20,203 nt of DNA from Gemmatimonadales bacterium (GTDB taxonomy: Bacteria > Gemmatimonadota > Gemmatimonadetes > Gemmatimonadales > GWC2-71-9). The translations under genes were made by a program, and so were the position numbers. Each line of letters opens with the position of its first letter. Position 1 is the stretch's first letter. The stretch is taken from NCBI GenBank assembly GCA_041613315.1, contig JBFJHJ010000044.1, forward strand, positions 1-20,203. The letters run 5' to 3'. The notes under the pieces are model-generated. The model was not told where the DNA came from and made no database searches. It worked only from the letters and a program-made list of their open reading frames with translations. Below, in pieces: positions 1 through 7,940 of this stretch.

Positions 1-1
1 C

Positions 2-1357
2 AGCGTGCTCGGCTTGGAAGTGCGCCCCGTCTATCGCGACCCAGCCAATGGGACACCCTACCCTATCGTGCTCCGCGAGATCCGCCGCGGACTGAGCCGG
101 GCCCTCAAGCGCACGTTCTACGAGTTCACCCGGACCCGAACGACGCACCGACCGAGGCACTACCACGTGCTTGGGCGTCACGCCATGGTCAAGGCGGTGT
201 GGGAGGTTGACACCCAGTTAGCCGATGTCTCGGACAGCTTCGACTTCCTCCTTCAGCTCACTCCCGTGAACACCGGTGCCGCCTGGGAAGAGTTTCGCAA
301 GAACCGGTTCCAGCGGGCTCCCGTCTTTCACTACCGCCCACTCCCTGTGGATCCCTCGATCCTGAAGCGCAGGTTGTACGCTGCTCCCGTGGAACGCGTG
401 GAAGACCCCGCGCTCACCCACTTGTTCCGCGAGAAGCAGGACGAGCTCGACCGGCAGATCACCCTGTTGCTGGATATGAACACATCGAGGTTCGTGCACG
501 GCAGCCTTCAGCTGTTCGGCACTGTGAGCGACGAGCTGCTGGGTCTGGGGGAAGATCTGCTGGAATCGCTCCCCCCGAGGACGCGCGAGGATTCGCGCAG
601 CGGCTACCTCGATGCCGCCACCTTCGCGCGGCGCGCGGAGGAGGAGATCGCCTCGTACCGACGCCAGTGGCCTCAGTTGAACGCGACCGTCCACGTGCGG
701 GGCGACGTGAACAGCGGGTTGATGGTCTCCCGCGGCTCGTTGCTGATCGGCACCGAGACCCGGATCCCCGCGAGCCGTGCTGACGCGCTGCTGCAGCACG
801 AAGTCGGCACGCACATCGTAACGTACTTCAATGGACGGGCTCAGCCGTTCCGCCAACTCTACACGGGCCTTGCCGGCTACGAGGCCCTTCAAGAAGGGCT
901 CGCCGTGCTCGCGGAGTATCTCGTCGGCGGCCTGAGTCGTCCACGTTTGCGCCTCCTCGCTGCTCGGGTTCTGGCCGCGCGGCACCTCGTCGACGGCGCA
1001 TCCTTCGTAGAGACGTTCAGCGAGTTGCACCGGATTCACGAATTCGACCGGCGAACGGCGTTTACGGTCGCGATGCGTATCTATCGTGGAGGGGGCCTAA
1101 CGAAGGACGCCATCTATCTCCGCGGGCTCCGCGAGGTGCTGGCCTACGTGGCGCGGGGCGGGAAGCTCGAACCGCTCTTCGTTGGGAAGATCGCAACCGA
1201 ACATATTCCGATCGTCAGCGAACTGCATTGGCGGGGGGTGCTGCGGGAAGCGCCGCTGACGCCGCGCTATTTCGAGCGCCCAGATGCGCGCCGCCGACTT
1301 GAGCAACTTCGAAACGGCATTACAGTACTCCAGCTCGCGAAGGGGAGACGACGATGA
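2..1357 (+). CDS. QEGLA-motif / DUF1704 (MATCAP-like, tyrosine/phenylalanine carboxypeptidase-like) zinc metallopeptidase; 5'-truncated by window edge
   Basis: Frame is open from the window start. It contains HEVGTH (797-814, HExxxH), QEGLA (890-904) and the C-terminal 'RGGGLTKDAIYLRG' motif typical of flavohemoglobin-expression-modulating QEGLA-motif proteins. The stop overlaps the next ATG (ATGA). Confidence 0.88.
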   Translation, partial: SVLGLEVRPVYRDPANGTPYPIVLREIRRGLSRALKRTFYEFTRTRTTHRPRHYHVLGRHAMVKAVWEVDTQLADVSDSFDFLLQLTPVNTGAAWEEFRKNRFQRAPVFHYRPLPVDPSILKRRLYAAPVERVEDPALTHLFREKQDELDRQITLLLDMNTSRFVHGSLQLFGTVSDELLGLGEDLLESLPPRTREDSRSGYLDAATFARRAEEEIASYRRQWPQLNATVHVRGDVNSGLMVSRGSLLIGTETRIPASRADALLQHEVGTHIVTYFNGRAQPFRQLYTGLAGYEALQEGLAVLAEYLVGGLSRPRLRLLAARVLAARHLVDGASFVETFSELHRIHEFDRRTAFTVAMRIYRGGGLTKDAIYLRGLREVLAYVARGGKLEPLFVGKIATEHIPIVSELHWRGVLREAPLTPRYFERPDARRRLEQLRNGITVLQLAKGRRR

Positions 1358-2400
1358 AAATCGGTATGGTGGTGAACGACATCAGGACCGAGGAAGCCGG
1401 CTACACGACCAGCCGACTTGCGGTGGCCGCGCTCGCGCTCGGACATCAAGTGTGGGTCATGGGCGTCGGCGACCTCGCATGCGACCCCGACGACAAGATC
1501 CGCGCACGCGCCTACGCTGCACCGAAGAAGAAGTATACGACGACCGACTCCTACCTCAAGGACCTGCAAGGCAAGCGGGCCGTCTCCGAGCGCATTACGG
1601 TCGACGATCTAGACGTGCTGCTGCTGCGGAACGACCCTTCGACGGATGCGGTTTCCCGGCCGTGGGCCGCCGGCGCTGGCATCGTGTTCGGACGGGTGGC
1701 GATGCGTCACGGCGTCGTGGTGCTGAACGATCCGAACGGCCTCGGGAAGGCCATGAACAAGATGTACTTCCAAACCTTCCCCGAAGAGGTGCGGCCGAAG
1801 ACACTCATCACGCGGGATCGAGAGGAGATCAAGACCTTCGCGAAGGAGCAGGACGGTACCATCGTTCTGAAACCGCTTCAGGGCTCTGGCGGTCAAGGCG
1901 TTTTCCTCGTGCGCCCCGAAGATGTGCCGAACCTCAACCAAATGATCGACGCCGTGAGCCGTGACGGTTACGTCATCGCGCAGGAGTATCTGCCGGCCGC
2001 GGCCCAGGGAGACATGCGCCTGTTCTTGATGAATGGCCAGCCACTTCGCTTCAAGGGCAAGTACGCCGCCTTCCGTCGCGTCCGCACGGGCGGCGACATG
2101 CGGTCCAACATTCATGCCGGCGGCAAGCTGCGAGAGGCCGAGGTCGACCATGCCGCCCTTCGCATCGCCGAGATCGTGCGGCCGAAACTCGTCCAGGACG
2201 GCATGTTCCTGGTCGGATTGGACATCGTTGGCGACAAACTCATGGAGATCAACGTGTTCAGTCCGGGCGGCCTGGGCAGCGCACAAAAATTCACGGGCGT
2301 CAACTTCAGTCGCACCGTGATCGAGGCGCTGGAGCGGAAAGTCCAATACATGGCCTTTTACCGACGTAACTTCGACAACGTCGAAATGGCGACCCTGTAG
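1354..2400 (+). CDS. Glutathione synthetase-like (GshB-type) ATP-grasp ligase
   Basis: GshB-like N-domain (MKIGMVVN, LDVLLLRNDPS, VLNDP) and ATP-grasp motifs VLKPLQGSGGQGVF, QEYLP, GDMR, RSNIHAGG, GLDIVG, EINVFSPGG. GGGAG lies upstream of the ATG. Whether it makes glutathione is uncertain, so no gene symbol is given. Confidence 0.88.
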   Translation: MKIGMVVNDIRTEEAGYTTSRLAVAALALGHQVWVMGVGDLACDPDDKIRARAYAAPKKKYTTTDSYLKDLQGKRAVSERITVDDLDVLLLRNDPSTDAVSRPWAAGAGIVFGRVAMRHGVVVLNDPNGLGKAMNKMYFQTFPEEVRPKTLITRDREEIKTFAKEQDGTIVLKPLQGSGGQGVFLVRPEDVPNLNQMIDAVSRDGYVIAQEYLPAAAQGDMRLFLMNGQPLRFKGKYAAFRRVRTGGDMRSNIHAGGKLREAEVDHAALRIAEIVRPKLVQDGMFLVGLDIVGDKLMEINVFSPGGLGSAQKFTGVNFSRTVIEALERKVQYMAFYRRNFDNVEMATL

Positions 2401-2657
2401 CAGCGTTGGGGAGCGTGCGGCCTCCTTGCCTGCGGCGCGGCATCGTCCCGGGCCGTACCAGGCACCGCCTCGTCCACCGGGGCAACGGCATTTCCACATC
2501 GCATCGATGCCGCGGTGACCGCCACGACCGCATCTGGCGGCCGTTACCGAACTGTCATCCCAGCCACATCAACTCCTCATCGCCGCATGAGCGCCACGCC
2601 GTGCATGGTTCGACTTCTCGCACGTCCTTAGAGTGACGACACTCAAGAGAGGTCTCC

Positions 2658-3554
2658 ATGCGGTTCACCATCGCCGTCCTGCCGCTCGCCGCCACGCTGT
2701 TGGGATGTCAGTTCACCGCACACCGAAGCCTGGAAGTCGCCGACGATCAACACGCCGAGTCTCCGTATGCCTCGCGGGACGGTGTTCAAGCGCAGTTCAT
2801 GCATGGCGACGCGCCGGCTCGGCCACCGGCCGCCGTCGCCCCGGACCAACCAGCGGAGCAGCTTACGGCCAGCGTGAGCGCCGCCATGCTCATGCGTTCC
2901 GCGCAGGTGGCGATCGAGGTGGACACTCTGGACACCGCCATCGCGGCCGTGCGGGCCATCGCCGACGACCACGGCGGATTCATCGCGAACTCATCGATCC
3001 GCGGCCGCAACGCCCGCCACCGCACCGCACTGCTCCAGCTACGGGTGCCGGCTGACGCCCTCGATCGCGTGCTCGCGGGCCTCCCCGCCATTGGCCGACT
3101 CACGTCGCTCGAAGTGACGAGCGAGGACGTGGGTGAGGAGTACGTGGATGTACGAGCTCGGGTCGCCAACGCCCGCCGACTCGAGGAGCGCCTGCTCCGG
3201 CTCATCGCCGCCCGGACCGGGAAGCTCGAGGAAGTCCTCCAGGCCGAGCGCGAGCTCGCCCGGGTGCGCGAGCAGATCGAGCGGCTCGAGGGGCGGCGCC
3301 GGTACCTGGAGGGGCACGCGAACATGAGCACCGTGCACGTGGACCTCCGTGAACCCACACCGGCACTCGACGCGCGCTGGGCGAGCCTGATGGCCGCGGC
3401 GTTCCGCGGCGCGTGGCGCAACTTCTGGAGCTTCACCGCGGTACTGGTAGAGGCGCTGGGAATCGTGATCCCTCTCGGGGTTCTGGCGTTGGGCGCCGTG
3501 CTGGCATGGCGGCGGTTCCCGCGAACCGCCGCCACGGCGGCGCGCGAGTCGTAG
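2658..3554 (+). CDS. DUF4349 domain lipoprotein with C-terminal membrane anchor
   Basis: SD GAGAGG before ATG. Signal peptide with lipobox LLGC. DUF4349-type segments 'LRVPA..LD..L..L..IG', 'SEDVGEEYVDVRARV' and coiled coil 'ERELARVREQIERLEG'. Hydrophobic C-terminal helix. Confidence 0.85.
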   Translation: MRFTIAVLPLAATLLGCQFTAHRSLEVADDQHAESPYASRDGVQAQFMHGDAPARPPAAVAPDQPAEQLTASVSAAMLMRSAQVAIEVDTLDTAIAAVRAIADDHGGFIANSSIRGRNARHRTALLQLRVPADALDRVLAGLPAIGRLTSLEVTSEDVGEEYVDVRARVANARRLEERLLRLIAARTGKLEEVLQAERELARVREQIERLEGRRRYLEGHANMSTVHVDLREPTPALDARWASLMAAAFRGAWRNFWSFTAVLVEALGIVIPLGVLALGAVLAWRRFPRTAATAARES

Positions 3555-3637
3555 CTCGGGCCGCCTCGAAAGCATCGCGCGTGCCTGACGCGGCGGGTCC
3601 CGCCCGCATAGCTTTCTCCACGATGGCGGGACCGAGG

Positions 3638-4633
3638 ATGCGGGCCATGCTGCTGGACGCGGCCGGAGCGCCGCTCCGTGAGGCCACCGTCACGCGGCCA
3701 GCGCCTGGTCCGGGGCAGGTCCTTCTCCGTGTGCGCTGCTGCGCGGTGTGCCGAACCGATCTCCACGTGGCCGACGGCGACCTGCCGGCCGCCAAGCTCC
3801 CGCTTGTGCTGGGACACGAGATCGTCGGCACGGTCGCGGCCCTGGGCGACGGTGTCACCCGGTTCGCCGCCGGTGACCGGGTCGGCGTGCCGTGGCTGGG
3901 GTGGACGTGCGGCCAGTGCGGCTACTGTACCACAGGACGAGAGAACCTCTGCCCTCGGGCGCAGTTCACAGGCCACCAGATCGACGGCGGCTTTGCCGAG
4001 TACACCGTCGCGGATGCTCGCTACGCCTTCCCCCTCCCTGACGGGTACGCGGACCTCGAGGCCGCGCCGCTGCTGTGCGCGGGACTGATCGGCTATCGGG
4101 CGCTCCGGGCGGCCGGCGACGCTCGGCGCCTCGGTCTGTACGGGTTCGGCGCGGCGGCGCACCTGGTCGCGCAGGTGGCGCGGCATGAAGGTCGGCAGCT
4201 CTTCGCGTTCACCCGCCCCGGTGATGCGGACGGTCAGGGCTTCGCGCGGCGACTCGGCGCGGAGTGGGCGGGCGGCTCAGACAGCGCACCGCCCGAGCCG
4301 CTGGACGCGGCTATCATCTTTGCGCCCGTGGGCCGTCTGGTGCCAGCGGCGCTACGGGTGGTGGCGCCGGGCGGCACCGTCGTCTGCGCCGGGATCCACA
4401 TGAGCGATATCCCGTCGTTCCCATACGAACTGCTGTGGGGCGAACGAGCCGTGCGCTCCGTGGCGAACCTCACGCGGCGAGACGGCGAATCGTTCCTGCG
4501 GCTGGCCCCCCAAGTACCGGTCCGCACCGAGGCGCGACCCTACGCCCTCGCCGACACCAACCGAGCCCTCGACGATCTCCGAGCGGGGCGGGTACACGGT
4601 GCGGCGGTGATTGTCGTGGAGAATGCGGCATGA
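3638..4633 (+). CDS. Zinc-dependent alcohol dehydrogenase (MDR family, AdhA/propanol-preferring-like)
   Basis: Motifs CRTDLH, GHE, structural Zn cluster CGQCGYC...NLC, LLCAGLIG and GLYGFGAAAH. Start placed at ATG 3638 (GAGG directly upstream). An in-frame ATG at 3623 is an alternative, and the track start at 3413 overlaps the previous gene. Confidence 0.93.
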   Translation: MRAMLLDAAGAPLREATVTRPAPGPGQVLLRVRCCAVCRTDLHVADGDLPAAKLPLVLGHEIVGTVAALGDGVTRFAAGDRVGVPWLGWTCGQCGYCTTGRENLCPRAQFTGHQIDGGFAEYTVADARYAFPLPDGYADLEAAPLLCAGLIGYRALRAAGDARRLGLYGFGAAAHLVAQVARHEGRQLFAFTRPGDADGQGFARRLGAEWAGGSDSAPPEPLDAAIIFAPVGRLVPAALRVVAPGGTVVCAGIHMSDIPSFPYELLWGERAVRSVANLTRRDGESFLRLAPQVPVRTEARPYALADTNRALDDLRAGRVHGAAVIVVENAA

Positions 4634-5169
4634 GCGAATTTCTCGCCGCCGCCCGCCGGCAGTTCGTACGGCAGAAAGGCCTGGCGGAGCGCGCCCTGGC
4701 TCAGGTTCCGGACACGGGGCTCCGGCAGCAGCTCGACCCCGAGGCCAACAGTCTCGCCGTGCTCGTCAAACACTTGGCGGGCAATCTGCGGTCCCGGTGG
4801 ACTGCCTTTCTCGCCACCGATGGCGAGAAACCGGACCGCCGACGAGACGGCGAGTTCGTGCTGGAAACCGCCGACTCCAGGGACGGCCTGCAGGAACGGT
4901 GGGAGGAGGCGTGGCGACTCCTCTTCGACACGCTGGACGCGCTCACGCCGGACGACCTGACCAAGACGGTCCGGATCCGCGGCGAGCCGCTAAGCGTCCC
5001 CGAAGCGATCCAGCGGCAGCTCGCGCACGCGGCCTATCACGTAGGTCAGATCATTCAGCTCGCCCGCCACGTCACCGGGGGCGCCTGGCGAACGCTGAGC
5101 ATCCCTCGAGGAGCCTCGGAGCAAGATTTCCGTACCGGCGAGTCCGGGTCTCCGCCTCGTCCGTCGTAA
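4630..5169 (+). CDS. DUF1572 family protein (DinB/YfiT-like superfamily)
   Basis: ATG overlaps the ADH stop (ATGA). Motifs NSLAVLVKHLAGNLRSRWT.FL.TDGEKP.R.RD.EF and HAAYHVGQI. Confidence 0.88.
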   Translation: MSEFLAAARRQFVRQKGLAERALAQVPDTGLRQQLDPEANSLAVLVKHLAGNLRSRWTAFLATDGEKPDRRRDGEFVLETADSRDGLQERWEEAWRLLFDTLDALTPDDLTKTVRIRGEPLSVPEAIQRQLAHAAYHVGQIIQLARHVTGGAWRTLSIPRGASEQDFRTGESGSPPRPS

Positions 5170-5241
5170 CGCCGGTGGGACGGGTCGGGTCCCGCACCAT
5201 CGCACCGGCTGCTGTAGCGCTCTCCCGCCGCGATCGGACCC

Positions 5242-7527
5242 CTACCCGTCCAATGTGGCCCGGACCTTGCGCGCGAGCGCGGCCGGCGTGAACGGCTTCT
5301 GCACGTAAGCGACCGCTTGCGCCAGGACGCCGTGGTGAATCACCGCGTCGTCGGTGTATCCCGACATGTACACGACCTTGACGCCGGGCCGCAGCTCGTT
5401 CAGCCGCGCCGCGAGCTCGCGGCCGCTCATTCCCGGCATCACGACGTCGGTGAGCACGAGGTCGATCACCTCGGCGTGCGCCCGACAGATGTCGATCGCC
5501 TGCTCGGGCCCCTCCGCTTCGAGCACCGTGTAACCGAACTGCTCGAGGACCTTCCGCGTCAGCCTTCGCACCGGCACGGCGTCCTCGACCAAGAGGATCG
5601 TCTCCGTGCCGTGCGCCTCGCCCATCGCATCGATCGGAAGCGGCTGGGCCGCGACCCCGGCGGCCACGCGCGGCAGGTAGATCTTGAACGTCGTGCCCTG
5701 GCCCGGCTCGCTGTAGACCCAGATGTGTCCTTCGCTCTGCTTCACGATGCCGTACACCGTGGAGAGGCCGAGACCCGTGCCTTTGTCGGGCCCCTTGGTC
5801 GTGAAGAACGGCTCGAACATCCGGGCCTTCGCCGAAGCGTCGATGCCGACGCCGGTGTCGCTCACCGCGAGCATGACGTAGGCCCCCGTGGATGCTCCGA
5901 CATGCTCCCGTACGTATTGGGTATCCAACTCCGCATTCGTCGTCTCGATCGTCAGTCGACCGCCGCGCGGCATCGCGTCCCGGGCATTCACCGCAAGGTT
6001 CACGATCACCTGCTCGATCTGCCCCGGATCCGCCCGCACCAGTCCCAGCTCCTCGCCGGAGACCGTGAGCAGATCCACGTCCTCGCCGATCAGCCGCCGG
6101 AGCATCTTATCCATGTTCGCGACGACCGTGTTCAGGTCGAGCACCACCGGCTGCAGCACTTGCTTGCGGCTGAACGCCAGCAGCTGCTGCGTGAGCGCCG
6201 CCGCACGTTCCGCGATCTTGCGGATCTCCTCGATGTCCTCGCGCCTGGAATCGTCCAACGGCAGTTCTTCCAGCAGGAGGTCCGTATAGCCCACGATGGC
6301 GGTGATGATGTTGTTGAAGTCGTGCGCCACGCCTCCGGCCAGCCGTCCCACGGCCTCCATCTTCTGCGACTGGAGCAGTTGCCCCTCCAAACGCTTGCGT
6401 TCCCGGAGGTCCCGCATGACCATCGAGTAGTACTCGATCCGACCGTCCGGAGCGCGGTGCGAGAGGACGACCTGGGACACTGGGATTTCCGTGCCGTCAC
6501 GGTGGAGCAACGCCGTCTCGCCGCTCCAGACGCCGCGCTGCGCCGCCGCCGGTAACGCGTCCGTCAGGATGACCTCGAACGCCCACGGCGGGTGGTACAT
6601 CGCGATCGGCCTGCCCGTCAGGTCTTCACGCTCACCGATGCCAAGCATGCGTCGCCCGGCACGATTGAGATAAAGCGTGCGGGCCTCCGCATCCGCCGTG
6701 CCCACGAAGTCCGTCGTGGCCTCCAAGATCGCCGCCAGACGTTCCCGGGCCTCCTCGGCCCGGCGTCGCTCGGTGACGTCCTGCACGAACCCCTCGAACC
6801 GCACGACCTCCCCCTGCGCGTCCAGGATCGGTTGAAAGTTCAACTCGACCCAGATCGGAGTGCCGTCTCGCCGCTTCCAGAGCATCGAGACGCCGACGGC
6901 GCGACCCGCCGTCGCGTAGCGGGCGATGAGCGCCTCGCGGTCGTGGTGGTCCCAGTACACATCCTCGGCCAGATTGCGTTGGAGGAGCTCCTCCGGCGAG
7001 TCGTACCCCAGCATGCGGGCGATGGCGGGGTTGGCGGCAAGCAGGCGGCCATCGGGCGTACTCTGGTAGATCCCGAGCGGCGCCTCGTTGAAGATCTCCT
7101 GATATCGGACTTCTGATTCCAGGCGCGCGGCCTCGGCGCGCCGGATCTCTTCCCGATGACGTCGCGAGTGGATGGCCCCCTGCACCGCCCCGCTCAGCCG
7201 CACGAGATGCTCCGCGACGATGCAGTCCGCCGCCCCTTCCCGCGTGTACGCGACCACCTCCTGCTCGTCGAGTGATGGTGCCACGACGATGACGGGAACG
7301 TCCGGCGCCGCACCGCGGACCGTGAGCAGGGCCTCGTGCCCGTCGATGGCAGACAACCAGTGCGCGGTGATGACGACGTCGGGCTCGGGTCCCCGAAGTG
7401 CCGACGCCAGTTCCTCGCGGCTCGCCACGAGACGGAGCGTGACGTGGGACCCCAACTTCCGGAGCTCCCGCGTCACCGCCTCGGCGACCGCGGCGTTCTC
7501 CTCAACGAGGACGATGTTGGCGGTCAC
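5242..7527 (-). CDS. Hybrid sensor histidine kinase (pseudo-REC, two PAS, HisKA, HATPase, REC; CckA-like)
   Basis: H-box QKMEAVGRLAGGVAHDFNN, N-box QVIVNLAVNARDAM, G-boxes DTGVGI, FEPFFTTK and GTGLGL. Two PAS/PAC repeats and an intact C-terminal REC (LLVED, LTDVVMP, MSG, QKP). Likely start is GTG at 7527 with GGAGG upstream. The track's upstream extension to 7881 looks non-coding. Confidence 0.93.
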   Translation of the reverse strand: MTANIVLVEENAAVAEAVTRELRKLGSHVTLRLVASREELASALRGPEPDVVITAHWLSAIDGHEALLTVRGAAPDVPVIVVAPSLDEQEVVAYTREGAADCIVAEHLVRLSGAVQGAIHSRRHREEIRRAEAARLESEVRYQEIFNEAPLGIYQSTPDGRLLAANPAIARMLGYDSPEELLQRNLAEDVYWDHHDREALIARYATAGRAVGVSMLWKRRDGTPIWVELNFQPILDAQGEVVRFEGFVQDVTERRRAEEARERLAAILEATTDFVGTADAEARTLYLNRAGRRMLGIGEREDLTGRPIAMYHPPWAFEVILTDALPAAAQRGVWSGETALLHRDGTEIPVSQVVLSHRAPDGRIEYYSMVMRDLRERKRLEGQLLQSQKMEAVGRLAGGVAHDFNNIITAIVGYTDLLLEELPLDDSRREDIEEIRKIAERAAALTQQLLAFSRKQVLQPVVLDLNTVVANMDKMLRRLIGEDVDLLTVSGEELGLVRADPGQIEQVIVNLAVNARDAMPRGGRLTIETTNAELDTQYVREHVGASTGAYVMLAVSDTGVGIDASAKARMFEPFFTTKGPDKGTGLGLSTVYGIVKQSEGHIWVYSEPGQGTTFKIYLPRVAAGVAAQPLPIDAMGEAHGTETILLVEDAVPVRRLTRKVLEQFGYTVLEAEGPEQAIDICRAHAEVIDLVLTDVVMPGMSGRELAARLNELRPGVKVVYMSGYTDDAVIHHGVLAQAVAYVQKPFTPAALARKVRATLDG

Positions 7528-7797
7528 CGGCGGAAGACCTCCGGACCCTCGGACCTCCGAGGCATAACGCGGGGCCACGCCCCGGTCCGTGATGCGGTGC
7601 ACCGCGGGAGCGGCGGCGGCCCACGTGAAGCCCGACACGCGTGGGGCGCGGGGCGGGGGGGACCGTGCGGGGGAGCAGGGCGAGGACCGAGGGGACTCGA
7701 CCGGCTCCCCCTGTGGGGCAGCACCGGGCGCATGGGACACAAGATGGGTCGGCTCGTCGAGGCGCACCACCCCTCGTGACCAGGGCGACCGCCGACC

Positions 7798-7827
7798 TTT
7801 ACATCGGAGCGGGACCGCCGCTATCTT
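7798..7827 (+). promoter_or_regulatory. Putative sigma70-type promoter for rpsU
   Basis: TTTACA (7798-7803), an 18-nt spacer and TATCTT (7822-7827) form an AT-rich island in otherwise very GC-rich DNA about 115 nt upstream of rpsU. Confidence 0.5.
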
Positions 7828-7940
7828 GTTGGCCTTGAGCGTCATAGCGCGCCACGGGCGAGTGCACAGGGCCGTCCGCATCGTTCGGATCGACCCCGTC
7901 TCGTGAGGGCGGGCGGGACATGGTGACGTTGGAGATGGCG

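Noticed and set aside
1354..2400. Assigning the gene symbol gshB
   Set aside because: The fold is clearly GshB-like, but the peptidase coupling, C-terminal extension and lack of a visible gshA leave the substrate uncertain.
2406..2636. 76-aa ORF after the ATP-grasp ligase as a possible precursor or substrate peptide
   Set aside because: TTG start without a clear SD, Arg/His-rich random-looking composition, and no repeated core motifs like those of graspetide precursors.
2786..4186. 466-aa minus-strand ORF (likewise 218-1039, 1609-2499 and 5317-6555)
   Set aside because: Each lies antisense to a well-supported gene and has low-complexity composition.
5170..5241. Possible terminator between DUF1572 and the kinase
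   Set aside because: Only imperfect GC pairings (GCCGGTG/CACCGGC and a bulged GGTGGGAC/GTCCCGCACC) and no U-tract, so not distinguishable from chance.
7528..7881. 118-aa N-terminal extension of the kinase in the ORF track, and small ORFs in this intergenic region
   Set aside because: Pro/Arg/Ser-rich with no domain features. It overlaps promoter-like elements, and a good SD plus GTG exists at 7527.
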